Positions 13,460 through 22,867 of a DNA stretch of 26,163 bases are shown here, piece after piece. Each line of letters begins with the position of its first letter. The stretch's first letter is position 1. Made by a program: the position numbers and the translations under genes. The DNA comes from a virus (Duplodnaviria > Caudoviricetes). The stretch is taken from positions 1 through 26,163 of IMG/VR virus record IMGVR_UViG_3300023293_000082; one strand, 5' to 3'. The notes beneath the pieces are model-generated. The model worked only from the letters and a program-made list of their open reading frames with translations, made no database searches and was not told where the DNA came from.

Positions 13460-15585
13460 ACACGAACATAAAGATCGAAGGCGAACGCATCCACCTAAGT
13501 GGAAACGAACCAATAGTATACTCAGTAATAGGGTATGACCTTTTGACTTTAGGAATCCGTTCGGCTAGTTTTTCGAACATCTTTAACGTCCCAGCCAACA
13601 ATCAAAAGAATAGAGACATATTAAACGTCTCTGAATTAATCAACTCAACAAATGACGAACCTTACAAGTCACTGACTGCAATCATTGACGTGGACGGGTC
13701 TGAAGTGGTCAACGGTGTAGCCACGTTAGAGGGCTTTGACGGTAACAACTATCAACTAAGCATTAAAAGCGGGGACGGTAATTTCTTTCAGCTAATCAAA
13801 TCGGTTAGCTTAACTAGCTTAGCGGACTACCTAACACCGTTAACACATGACTACAGCATTGCGGGAGTCGAGGCGTTGCGTGACAAGTCAACAGGAATAG
13901 TATATCCTAACATTGATTACGGATTCTTTGACAAGGCCGACACATCGACTTATCGATACGACTTTTTTCTGCCATCGCTTTATCTAAAGTTCATTATCGA
14001 TTCGGCTATTGAGCTGATCGGGTATAGGACTATTGGCGACTTATGGACGGATGACGTGTACAGTACTTTAGCGATACCCGCTAAGAATGTGGTAGGTACA
14101 AATAACGACTACATTGTTGATTATGAATTTATAAACGGTGTTTTGCCTTTCGGATTGCTATCTGTTAAGGAATCCGTTTACATTGATAACTCGATTGTTA
14201 AAGCACCGATAAACTTTCCAAGCGTAATTACAGACGCGGACGGGCTTTATCGAGACACGACAATAACGGGGCTTGGGTATATAACTTTCGGTTATAACTT
14301 TCCGTCTACATATTCAGCACTGACTACGTTTGAGTTTAATCTAAACGGTCAGTTTACAACAAATAGCCCACAGTCTTTCTATCGAAATCTATTCGTTACA
14401 TCTGCGATAATGCGTATACAAATGGATGTATACAACAAGACTACGGGAGCCGTTGATGGTATCGCATTTAGCTTTGAATATGAATATTACACAGCGACTT
14501 ACATAGACCAAAACGGAACGACTAACCTAACTCAAGAAATATATTCGCCAACAATACCTATTAACATCGAGGTTTTGAACGCTGGATTTCTGGCATCGAT
14601 AGCGGGGACGGCCACTAACTTTGTGATGGTATGGAAGATCGAAAGCGAAATTGAATTTAGTCCACTTGAAACCAAGCCCGCAGCGGTGACGGATAATCTA
14701 GGGTCGTTTAGTTTTTCAGATTTTAGCATGAACATTGAGCAAATCGATAATGCCATTATACCCTCGACTGTTAATGTCTTAGATTCATTTGAAGATATTA
14801 ACGTAGGTAACGCATTTCTTTACACGTGCAATGTTATGGGCGTGTTTCCAAAGGTTGATGAATACAACAAGACAATAGAACTCGTTCGTGTTAATGACGT
14901 AGTTAATAACAAGCCGAACGCGTTGGACTGGTCTGAAAAACTAGACCTAAGCACAAAACCAAAGGTTTCATTTAAGCTAGGCAACTACGCTCAAAGTAAC
15001 TACTTCCAATATTCGAATGACGAAAGCGATCCGTTCTTATCGGCTTTAACCAATTACGGACGCGGAACATTTTCAATAGCTGACACTACAATAGACTTGG
15101 AAAGCGAAGTATACACCGCACCGTTCTCTTTGTGCGCTATTGACTTGACGTTATTAAATGACACGCGTAGTATGGCTAAAATCTTCACGGGCAACAAATA
15201 CATATTTGACGGCACGAATTACAACTTAGACCCAGACGCTAAGATTGAAGGCTTTAAAACTAGAATAGTCAAGCTTAACAGATCAACAACTAGTCTATTG
15301 CAGATAACTGGGGGCACTACTATTGCAACTAATTACGAAGTAGCCAATAATAATATACTTTTTCAAAACGTGCTAAACCAAAGATTTAGTTTACTCAATG
15401 ACGCAACGAAAAAAACAAAAGTAGTTGAATGCTTTATAAGACTAACCACAGTTGATATTGAGAACTTTGACAGCACGATACCAATATGGATAGACTACTT
15501 TAATGATTACTTTTACATCAACAACGTAAGCGAGTTTAATTTAACAGCAAGCGAAAGCACCTTAGTAACGCTCATAAGACTATAG
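13456..15585 (+). CDS. Large minor tail (hub/tip-like) protein
   Basis: 709 aa; SFSNIFNVPA, YPNIDYG, DWSEKLD, IWIDYFNDYFYINNVSEF...VTLIRL. Confidence 0.75.
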   Translation: MNTNIKIEGERIHLSGNEPIVYSVIGYDLLTLGIRSASFSNIFNVPANNQKNRDILNVSELINSTNDEPYKSLTAIIDVDGSEVVNGVATLEGFDGNNYQLSIKSGDGNFFQLIKSVSLTSLADYLTPLTHDYSIAGVEALRDKSTGIVYPNIDYGFFDKADTSTYRYDFFLPSLYLKFIIDSAIELIGYRTIGDLWTDDVYSTLAIPAKNVVGTNNDYIVDYEFINGVLPFGLLSVKESVYIDNSIVKAPINFPSVITDADGLYRDTTITGLGYITFGYNFPSTYSALTTFEFNLNGQFTTNSPQSFYRNLFVTSAIMRIQMDVYNKTTGAVDGIAFSFEYEYYTATYIDQNGTTNLTQEIYSPTIPINIEVLNAGFLASIAGTATNFVMVWKIESEIEFSPLETKPAAVTDNLGSFSFSDFSMNIEQIDNAIIPSTVNVLDSFEDINVGNAFLYTCNVMGVFPKVDEYNKTIELVRVNDVVNNKPNALDWSEKLDLSTKPKVSFKLGNYAQSNYFQYSNDESDPFLSALTNYGRGTFSIADTTIDLESEVYTAPFSLCAIDLTLLNDTRSMAKIFTGNKYIFDGTNYNLDPDAKIEGFKTRIVKLNRSTTSLLQITGGTTIATNYEVANNNILFQNVLNQRFSLLNDATKKTKVVECFIRLTTVDIENFDSTIPIWIDYFNDYFYINNVSEFNLTASESTLVTLIRL

Positions 15586-15587
15586 CA

Positions 15588-17924
15588 ATGGAAGAGAATA
15601 TTTTATTAAGCATCGGGATAGACCAAAAACAAGTTGAGGAAGCAATTTCAGCAGCAGCCGAAGCGCGTAGAGAGATCGATAAATTAAGACTAGCGAATAA
15701 AGAACTATCCAAAGCTGAGGGAGATAACTCCGTGGCAATCACCAAAAACAACATTACGATAAAAGAAAATAGTAAAAGCCTAAGAGAAAATGAAAGAGTC
15801 GTTATAGCAAACAACAAAATACAAAGCCAAAGTTCTGGAACCATTGAAAAGCTAAGAGCAGAACTGTCGTTAGTGTCTCAGCAATGGGCAAAGGTTACGG
15901 ATGCAGAAGGTGCAAACTCAGAAGAATCTAAAAAGCTAGGAAAGCGAAAGTTAGAGTTAACAGAAATATTAAAGAAAGAAGAAAAAGCCACAGGCGACAC
16001 TAGACGAAATGTTGGAAACTATACCGATTCAATAAAAGAAGCGGTCGGGGCAACGGGTTCATTTGGTCAGGGGTTAGTTGGAATGGTTAGCGGATTGAGA
16101 GCCGCAACGGTTGCTTCGTTAAAATTCTTGGCTACTCCATTAGGGGCTGCGATTGGCGCGGTTGCTTTGGTCATCGGTTCGGTCGTAGGGTTATTTAAAT
16201 TATTCACCGCTTCACTAAACAGAAGCGAAGAAGGTAGTGCTGCATTGGCTTCTGTCATGAATGTATTCAAAGGAATATTAGGAGGCGTACAGAGTGCGCT
16301 TGAACCCGTTGCAACATTCTTAGTTGAGGGCGTTGCAAAAGGGTTTGAAATATTAGGGGCTGTTGTTGAAAAAGTTTCAAAGCAAGTTCAGAACGCATTG
16401 TCATTTTTAGGATATTATAAAACATCGGTTGCGTTAGGTGTGTTAACAAAGAAGATTAAGGAAACGTCTATCGCCACGGCTCAACTAGCTAAAGCCGAAG
16501 CAGAACTAAATGGTATTAGAAGGCAACAAGGAAAACTTCAATTAGAATTTCAAACTCAAGCCGAAAAGCTTCGTCAGCTAAGAGACGATGAATCTAAGTC
16601 AATGCCTGATCGTATTAAGGCTAACAAAGATTTAGGGGCTTTATTAAAAGATCAAGCTGAATCGGAATTGTTATTGGCTCAAAGGGCTTTAGAAATTTCA
16701 GAATTAAGAATCAAAGCCGAAGGAGATAGCACAGCGAACCTAGACAAAAAAGCAGAAGCGGAACTTAAAATACTTGAAATACAAGAGCGTGTAAACTCAC
16801 AACGTAGCGAACAGCTAACAAATGAAAACAGCTTGATCCGTGAACAAACACAAATCATTCAACAAGAAACCGACAAAAGAACGGCCATAGCTAAAGAGGC
16901 ATTTGAAAAAAGAAGAGATGACCAACTAGACGCGCTCATTTCATTTGAAGAAATGGATATCGAGTTCGAAGAAGCTAAAGAGCAAAGAATGCTAGTGACT
17001 GCTGATCGCGAAATTAACGACCTAAAGGAACGATACGCGAACGGATTAATATCTAAGCAAGAATATGAAGACAGCTTAACAGAGATCGAAGCGGGCGCAA
17101 TAGCTATCAGAATGATTAATGCTCAACTGGCAATCGATGACGCTAACAATGATTTGACAATCAGCGAAGCCGAACGAGTCGCAATCATTCAATCCGCTGA
17201 AGATGAAATTCAAGGCATTAGAGCCTCTAGTTTAGATGCGCAATTAAAAGCGAATCAAATGGCATCCGATGCTTTGGATGCTCAAAATAGCGCGGTTGCA
17301 CAGGGTAAAGTAGACCTTGCAAACTTTGCTGTTAACTTTGCTATCGAATCACTCGGAAGGGAAACCGCAGCGGGTAAAATATTTGCGGGTATTCAAGCCT
17401 TTATAAATACAGCTACAGCCGTGTCTCAAGCTTTGCCAAATATACCACTTGCAGTATTAACGGGTATATCGGGCGCGGTTCAAATAGCTAAGATCGCTTC
17501 TACAAATGTGCCGCCAGCACAAGCTCAAACAGGAACTTCAAGAGTCCCTTCTACTGGAGGAAGACAGACAGGCCGAAGATCGTTTGCGGACGGTGGGCAT
17601 ACTGGAAACGGATACGGCTACTCAGACGAAACTGGATTCAGACAAGCGGGCATAGTTCACGAAAACGAATATGTAGTTCCTAAATGGCAAGTCCAAAGCC
17701 CTAAGTTTTCGGGCTTGATTGGCTCGTTAGAATCTTCAAGGCTCAAAGGATATGCGGACGGGGGATTTGTTGGAAGGTCTGCAAGCGGGGCTAATGCTGG
17801 CTTTGATATTAATGCTATCATTTCGGCTATTGAGAATATGCCTTCACCCGTTGTATCGGTCATTGACATTCAAGCTAAGGCGAATAGCAGAAATAAAGTA
17901 AGGGTAGAGAGTAGGTTGCAATAA
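15588..17924 (+). CDS. Tail tape measure protein
   Basis: 778 aa coiled-coil, RNVGNY, hydrophobic segments, FADGGHTG...AGIVHENEYVVP. Confidence 0.9.
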   Translation: MEENILLSIGIDQKQVEEAISAAAEARREIDKLRLANKELSKAEGDNSVAITKNNITIKENSKSLRENERVVIANNKIQSQSSGTIEKLRAELSLVSQQWAKVTDAEGANSEESKKLGKRKLELTEILKKEEKATGDTRRNVGNYTDSIKEAVGATGSFGQGLVGMVSGLRAATVASLKFLATPLGAAIGAVALVIGSVVGLFKLFTASLNRSEEGSAALASVMNVFKGILGGVQSALEPVATFLVEGVAKGFEILGAVVEKVSKQVQNALSFLGYYKTSVALGVLTKKIKETSIATAQLAKAEAELNGIRRQQGKLQLEFQTQAEKLRQLRDDESKSMPDRIKANKDLGALLKDQAESELLLAQRALEISELRIKAEGDSTANLDKKAEAELKILEIQERVNSQRSEQLTNENSLIREQTQIIQQETDKRTAIAKEAFEKRRDDQLDALISFEEMDIEFEEAKEQRMLVTADREINDLKERYANGLISKQEYEDSLTEIEAGAIAIRMINAQLAIDDANNDLTISEAERVAIIQSAEDEIQGIRASSLDAQLKANQMASDALDAQNSAVAQGKVDLANFAVNFAIESLGRETAAGKIFAGIQAFINTATAVSQALPNIPLAVLTGISGAVQIAKIASTNVPPAQAQTGTSRVPSTGGRQTGRRSFADGGHTGNGYGYSDETGFRQAGIVHENEYVVPKWQVQSPKFSGLIGSLESSRLKGYADGGFVGRSASGANAGFDINAIISAIENMPSPVVSVIDIQAKANSRNKVRVESRLQ

Positions 17925-17953
17925 AAAGGCTACCGATTAGAGTAGCCTTTTTT
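17923..17953. terminator. Bidirectional intrinsic terminator
   Basis: AAAAAGGCTAC/GTAGCCTTTTT between convergent genes. Confidence 0.85.
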
Positions 17954-17959
17954 GAATGT

Positions 17960-18196
17960 TCATGAAGGGTAGTTCATGTTTATTTTTTCCGCTTTGCAGT
18001 GTCTTGTAAAACACTCTATATGACCACCCATTTGATCTGTGGTTATAATACCTTCTTTTAGTGTTCTCATTAACTTTACTGAGAACCTCCATAAGTTATC
18101 TTGAGTGACCTCTGTGATAGCTAAGATTACCTCTCTATTGCTTGTAAATGCTGCGCTGTTTCCCATTTCTGTGTATCCCGTTTCTGTGTTTGTCAT
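17960..18196 (-). CDS. 78-aa hypothetical protein (moron)
   Basis: ATG 18196 at the end of leader repeat copy B. Confidence 0.75.
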   Translation of the reverse strand: MTNTETGYTEMGNSAAFTSNREVILAITEVTQDNLWRFSVKLMRTLKEGIITTDQMGGHIECFTRHCKAEKINMNYPS

Positions 18197-18287
18197 GTTC
18201 TTATCGTTTTGTATATTCAAATATACGCAAGGCATCGAAACTTGTTAGTCTAGTTTATACGAGTGGCATCATTATTATACAGACGGT
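18194..18287 (-). repeat. 94-bp promoter/leader repeat, copy B (TATATTTG at 18218-18225)
   Basis: Homologous to 6597-6690. Confidence 0.85.
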
Positions 18288-18434
18288 TTATACCTTAACC
18301 TTTTCACCATTTTTAATCAATAACTTTTCGGTCGGCTTCTTATCGTAGTCGAATACAAAGCCCTGACGAAGGTAGTACGGAGTGGACTTCATGCCGTTGG
18401 CGTATAGCTTATTTTGGCCTATTCGGTTGCTCAT
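18288..18434 (-). CDS. 48-aa basic peptide MSNRIGQNKLYANGMKSTPYYLRQGFVFDYDKKPTEKLLIKNGEKVKV
   Basis: Translated by hand; TAATG coupling to the upstream gene. Confidence 0.6.
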   Translation of the reverse strand: MSNRIGQNKLYANGMKSTPYYLRQGFVFDYDKKPTEKLLIKNGEKVKV

Positions 18435-18709
18435 TATTTTAGAGTTACAAGATCATCGGTTAGCTTAGATAATAGCCCTTCGTTACATAGGTAAGTAATA
18501 ACCTTTTTAAGGTCAGGGTAACTTATGTATACACCACACCTGTATAGCTCTAAATTAAGCCTATGCAATGTTTTTACTTCTATTCCAGAAGCGTATATTG
18601 TTAAAATACAATCCATTAAATAAGCAGAATCTTCTGTTAATGTAACATTGCCTTTCTTGTCAAATAAAGTTTCTTCTTTTATCTTAAAAAGCGATTTAAT
18701 TATTTTCAT
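18434..18709 (-). CDS. Hypothetical protein, possibly winged-helix
   Basis: 91 aa; ISYPDLKKVITYLCNEGLL. Confidence 0.65.
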   Translation of the reverse strand: MKIIKSLFKIKEETLFDKKGNVTLTEDSAYLMDCILTIYASGIEVKTLHRLNLELYRCGVYISYPDLKKVITYLCNEGLLSKLTDDLVTLK

Positions 18710-18711
18710 AT

Positions 18712-19056
18712 TTATTTAGCTAAGTCTGTTTCTATTTTATGTACAAGCTTTGAAAGCCGTTCAACTTCGACCGTTAACGAATCAATCTTAGTTTTATTTG
18801 CATCTTCATTTTTTGGATTAATAACGGATTCATTATACAGATCATCAAGCGTGGCCGACTTACCTGAGTAATCAATAAAGGGATCTTTTGAAAAGTTGTG
18901 ATACATCCTATTGTCATAAACATAGATACAAAGTCCTTCAGCGTTACCAATTTCTTGGTCTAAAGACCCAGCCCATTTACAACCTAGTTTAAAGAGCCGT
19001 TTTTGAATCGCCTTTGAATGCGCTACGCTTAGCGTCTTAAATTTTAAATCTTCCAT
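18712..19056 (-). CDS. Hypothetical phage protein
   Basis: 114 aa; SKAIQKRLFKLGCKW motif, C-terminal coiled coil. Confidence 0.75.
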   Translation of the reverse strand: MEDLKFKTLSVAHSKAIQKRLFKLGCKWAGSLDQEIGNAEGLCIYVYDNRMYHNFSKDPFIDYSGKSATLDDLYNESVINPKNEDANKTKIDSLTVEVERLSKLVHKIETDLAK

Positions 19057-19079
19057 AGTGATATGTTCGTTACCTACCT

Positions 19080-19104
19080 TTTACGAAGGTTACGCAATAA
19101 GGTT
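19080..19104 (-). promoter_or_regulatory. ECF-sigma-type promoter motif (copy 4)
   Basis: Minus strand AACCTTATTGCGTAACCTTCGTAAA (AAC-N16-CGTAAA) upstream of ATG 19056. Confidence 0.55.
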
Positions 19105-19134
19105 CGGAAAAGGTAGGAGTTATTTCAAAATACA

Positions 19135-19299
19135 TCACAGTCGCCACTTTTTATTGAACTCACAAATAGCTTTTCTGATCACGCTACTCTTAGATACTTT
19201 TCTGCGCTCGGCTATTTCTGTGAACTCTTGCTCCATGGAGTTCGGAACTAAAGCCCTGACTACTCTCGTATTAACATCTTTCGATTCTTTTATGGCCAT
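19135..19299 (-). CDS. Ribbon-helix-helix (CopG/Arc-like) DNA-binding protein, 54 aa
   Basis: MAIKESKDVNTRVVRALVPNSMEQEFTEIAERRKVSKSSVIRKAICEFNKKWRL; strand-helix-helix pattern; absent from the ORF track. Confidence 0.75.
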   Translation of the reverse strand: MAIKESKDVNTRVVRALVPNSMEQEFTEIAERRKVSKSSVIRKAICEFNKKWRL

Positions 19300-19335
19300 G
19301 TTTCAAGGATTGTTTACCAAATATAAGGATTTTTG
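19288..19335 (+). promoter_or_regulatory. Candidate late promoter, copy 1
   Basis: TTTTATGGCCATGTT then GATTTTTG ending 33 nt later. Confidence 0.45.
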
Positions 19336-19350
19336 TATAAAGCAAAAAAA

Positions 19351-20547
19351 GTGAAGGAAATCTTTATACGAGGCGTAATTACTCCGCAAGAATTTGAACA
19401 AGATTTTGAGGACTCAAGTCTGCCGACATATTCATATGATGATCTAGTCCGCGACCTTCAAGGCGTTAGCGAAGCGACTGTCTTTATTGATTCGGTCGGT
19501 GGCATGGTAGAAGAAGGAATGAAGATGTACAATCTGTTAAAGGGGTTGGATATTACAACGGTATCAATTAACGCTTCTTCGATTGCCTCTATTGTTTTCT
19601 TAGCTGGAAAAAATAGACTAGTGACAAAAGATCAAACGCCTAACATGACCATTCATAATGCATGGATCAAAGGCAAAGAGATCGAGGACATGACATTGAA
19701 CGCTAATACGCTGACCGAACTCAAAGCAGACTTCGAGGCGATGGATGCGGAACTAGTAGCGATCTACAAGGAAAAGACGGGGCTTAAAGATTCAACGCTA
19801 CTCGCTTTGATGTCTCAAGAAACAGACATCGGTAGTCAAGCGGTTGAACTAGGTTTCGCTCATGGGTACTACGAAAAGGAATTAAAGGCTGTCACGGCCT
19901 CGAAAAATAAATTAATAATGTTTAACTATAAATCAATCACAATGGCTACGGAAGCAGCAGAAAAAAGGTTGACAACTATTGAGGCAATGCTTAAGGGTTT
20001 GAAAAACCTTTTTACGGGCAGTGCCAAAAATATGATTGTCAAATTAAATGACGGAACTACTGAACTCTTTGTATACAGCGAAGACGGTGAGTTCGAAGGT
20101 AAGCGTGCGGTAATCGCAAGCGAAGGAATGCCAACAGAAGAGAATGCGCCAGAGGGTGAGCATACTTTAGAAGACGGTAGAGTGATCACAATTGGCGCAG
20201 ACGGTGTTGTTGTATCGGTCGCTGAAGCGGTAGACGGTGAGGCTTTGGCTTCGCAAATAGTCGCTTTAGAAGAAGAAAAGAAAGCGATGGAAGATGACAA
20301 AGAAAAAATGTCAAACGAAATCAAAGCTTTAAAGGCTCAGATTGTTAAAAAGGAAAAAGACTTTGATTCTAAAGTTTCCGAAATCAACGAGCAAATGAAA
20401 GCATTGAAGACGGAAGTAATGGGAGGCGGTGACACGAAAGTGCTATTAAAGGCTGCATCTATTACAAATGAAGACTTCTCGAAAATGTCTATCGTAGAAA
20501 AAACACGCCAGCTTGCAATGCAAAAGGCTAGAAACTTAAACTCATAA
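19351..20547 (+). CDS. ClpP-type prohead protease fused to scaffold
   Basis: FIDSVGG, ASSIASIVFLAG (Ser), MTIHNAW (His); acidic and coiled-coil C-terminus; GTG start at 19351 after an A-run. Confidence 0.88.
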   Translation: MKEIFIRGVITPQEFEQDFEDSSLPTYSYDDLVRDLQGVSEATVFIDSVGGMVEEGMKMYNLLKGLDITTVSINASSIASIVFLAGKNRLVTKDQTPNMTIHNAWIKGKEIEDMTLNANTLTELKADFEAMDAELVAIYKEKTGLKDSTLLALMSQETDIGSQAVELGFAHGYYEKELKAVTASKNKLIMFNYKSITMATEAAEKRLTTIEAMLKGLKNLFTGSAKNMIVKLNDGTTELFVYSEDGEFEGKRAVIASEGMPTEENAPEGEHTLEDGRVITIGADGVVVSVAEAVDGEALASQIVALEEEKKAMEDDKEKMSNEIKALKAQIVKKEKDFDSKVSEINEQMKALKTEVMGGGDTKVLLKAASITNEDFSKMSIVEKTRQLAMQKARNLNS

Positions 20548-20559
20548 AAAAAAGAAACA

Positions 20560-21795
20560 ATGTCAAAATTTAAGAATGTAGCGATTAGTTTGCCTAGCAA
20601 TACCTATGCTGGTGAATCTTACGCAGAATATATGACTCCAGCACTACTAAAGCCGAAGGGCATAGTAGACAGAGGTCTAGTAACACCTATCCAGGGATTC
20701 AAGGATAAGATCGCCTTATTAGGCGCGGACGCAGCTTTGGAGTTGAAGAACCCAAGCGCAGTATTTTCATCACAATCAAGCGGCTTAGTAAGGAATGAGA
20801 AATCATTGCAACTAGTAAAGTATGAACTCCAATTACAGACTGATTACGATGCCTTGAGAACTACATGGGAGGCCACAGAATTAGGGGCTGGTTCGTTTGC
20901 TGATTACCTTGGAACTCCAAGATTGAGCAACTTCTATCTTAACAATATTATCGCGCCAAAATTAGGCGGCGTTAACGAGCAACTTTACTTACTAGGTAAG
21001 GCTGGCGTTAATTACGGTGGGTCAACTGCTACGGGTATTAGTGCTGATTACGCGGGCATCCTTGGCCAGTTAGAAGCTGGTTCGGACGTTAATAAATACA
21101 AGTTAAGCGCGGTGGCTTCGGCTACTCAAGCGTTAACGGCTATTGCCACAGGCACAGTTGGAACCGCTACTATCACGGTTACGGACGGTACTAAAATACA
21201 AGTTGGCAATCAGCTAACCATTACAGCCGCTAACCAAGCGCAACAAATCGGAGGCACTACTATCGTAGGTCAGACCGTAACGGTTGCTGCGGTATCGGGC
21301 GAAACTGTAACGGTTAACGAAGCTATCACAGGTGCAACGGATTCAACGGCTGGTGTTATTCAGTTCGTGAATAAGTTCAATGTGATTGATGTTTTGAACT
21401 TCATTTATAACACTATTCCTCAAGTAGTGAAGGACATGGACAACACTAGAATCTTAGTTTCCGCTCAAATTGCAGACGCTTACAGAGTTGTCAACGGTGA
21501 AGCTGGAACTGGTGCTGGTGGGTACTTTAGGGAAGATTACTTCCAGTCAAGCGGTATCCCATTCTTAGGGTTGGTTATCGAAAAGATGCCACTTTGGTTA
21601 CCGAATACAGTAGCTGTATGGAATCCTTCTAACGTGTTTGTTGGTTTTGATTTGATGTCTGATGACGTTAATGTGGAAGTATTATACTTAGGTCAGACAA
21701 CTGGCGATAGAGTATTCAGAGCCATCAACTCAATGAAGTCGGGGACTCAATACAAGTATGGTGCTGAAATTCTTTACATCAGGCCAAAGGCTTAA
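20560..21795 (+). CDS. Major capsid protein with an internal insertion
   Basis: 411 aa directly after protease/scaffold; YAGE N-terminal motif; terminator downstream. Confidence 0.82.
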   Translation: MSKFKNVAISLPSNTYAGESYAEYMTPALLKPKGIVDRGLVTPIQGFKDKIALLGADAALELKNPSAVFSSQSSGLVRNEKSLQLVKYELQLQTDYDALRTTWEATELGAGSFADYLGTPRLSNFYLNNIIAPKLGGVNEQLYLLGKAGVNYGGSTATGISADYAGILGQLEAGSDVNKYKLSAVASATQALTAIATGTVGTATITVTDGTKIQVGNQLTITAANQAQQIGGTTIVGQTVTVAAVSGETVTVNEAITGATDSTAGVIQFVNKFNVIDVLNFIYNTIPQVVKDMDNTRILVSAQIADAYRVVNGEAGTGAGGYFREDYFQSSGIPFLGLVIEKMPLWLPNTVAVWNPSNVFVGFDLMSDDVNVEVLYLGQTTGDRVFRAINSMKSGTQYKYGAEILYIRPKA

Positions 21796-21802
21796 TTAAA
21801 TA

Positions 21803-21827
21803 GGGAGGCTAAAAACCTCCTGTTTTT
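21803..21827 (+). terminator. Weak intrinsic terminator after the capsid gene
   Basis: GGAGG/CCTCC stem plus TGTTTTT. Confidence 0.55.
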
Positions 21828-21848
21828 AACTTTAAAATATAAATAGAT

Positions 21849-22427
21849 ATGTGTAACGCATTAACAGTAAGCCTCGCACCAGCATGTTCAGCACTCCAAA
21901 AATCGGGTGGGTTGGATTTACGGGTGTGGATCGCTTTACTCGCAGACATAACATCAAAAACGGATGGTACAGGGAATAGTATCACGGCAGTAACTTTCGC
22001 GGCATCTAAAGGCTTTATTACAGCGAGGGGGAAAAGGTATAAGAACAACAGCGTAATGGCTTTGGCAGTAGGTGAAAATAAGAACCTACGAACTCAAGCC
22101 ATCAACTTGGTTCTCTATTACGACACAGCGGCAGAACTAGCAGCGATTGAAACATTGCTAGACGCGGAAGGCGTTTGTGTTTTTGTCGAAACCAATAGCG
22201 GTCAGATTGAAGCATGGGGCATGAACTTAGGCTTGAACTATGACAACTTCGGGCTAAAGGCATCTGCATTAGATGGCGGGTCGGGAACGGCTTTACTTGA
22301 TCCGAACGTGTTTACTTTGGGACTAACGGGCGACATGGAGAACTTGCAGCTAATATTTAACGATGCTGCCACCGATCCAACGACTCTAACGGCCGATATC
22401 GCTTATCTAGACAACTTGGTTATTTAA
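21849..22427 (+). CDS. Major tail tube protein (putative)
   Basis: 192 aa; MC...C...GGL start, GGSGTALLDPNVFTLGLTG. Confidence 0.7.
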   Translation: MCNALTVSLAPACSALQKSGGLDLRVWIALLADITSKTDGTGNSITAVTFAASKGFITARGKRYKNNSVMALAVGENKNLRTQAINLVLYYDTAAELAAIETLLDAEGVCVFVETNSGQIEAWGMNLGLNYDNFGLKASALDGGSGTALLDPNVFTLGLTGDMENLQLIFNDAATDPTTLTADIAYLDNLVI

Positions 22428-22451
22428 GTAATCTTCATTCATTCATATGTT

Positions 22452-22483
22452 AAAGCACTCTTAGAAATAGGAGTGCTTTTTTT
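22452..22483 (+). terminator. Intrinsic terminator
   Basis: AAAGCACTC/GAGTGCTTT plus T-run. Confidence 0.85.
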
Positions 22484-22527
22484 ATGGCCATGTTCTAACG
22501 CTTTTACACGACTATTAACTAATTTAG
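22480..22527 (+). promoter_or_regulatory. Candidate late promoter, copy 2
   Basis: TTTTATGGCCATGTT then TAATTTAG ending 33 nt later. Confidence 0.45.
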
Positions 22528-22543
22528 TCGAAAATACAAAGCG

Positions 22544-22867
22544 ATGAAATATAAAGCTATTCAACAATTTTCGATTCATATTCCCATTGATAACAGAACG
22601 ATCACAGATACAGGCTTTACAGATGAAGACGTAGAGATATTATTTAAGCGTTGGCCAAATAAGTTTAATCATAATTTCGCATTAATCGGAGAGGTGGAGG
22701 AAGTGATAAAAGACGAAGCCGATTCTTTCCCACAAGACGCGCCAAACAAAGACTGGACTGTTAAGCAGCTTAGAGACTACGCATCGATGAACGGCATTAA
22801 GCTAGGTCGTGCAAAGTCTGAGGACGCGATTCTGAATGCCATAAACAGGGCTTTAGATGGCGAGTAA
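22544..22867 (+). CDS. Small protein with C-terminal HeH/Rho-N-like motif
   Basis: WTVKQLRDYASMNGIKLGRAKSEDAILNAI. Confidence 0.7.
   Translation: MKYKAIQQFSIHIPIDNRTITDTGFTDEDVEILFKRWPNKFNHNFALIGEVEEVIKDEADSFPQDAPNKDWTVKQLRDYASMNGIKLGRAKSEDAILNAINRALDGE

Noticed and set aside
18296-18325. TAACCTTTTC resembling the ECF -35
   Set aside because: No CGT at the required spacing; inside an opposite-strand ORF
19058-19354. 98-aa plus-strand ORF
   Set aside because: Antisense to the RHH ORF and spans promoter motifs
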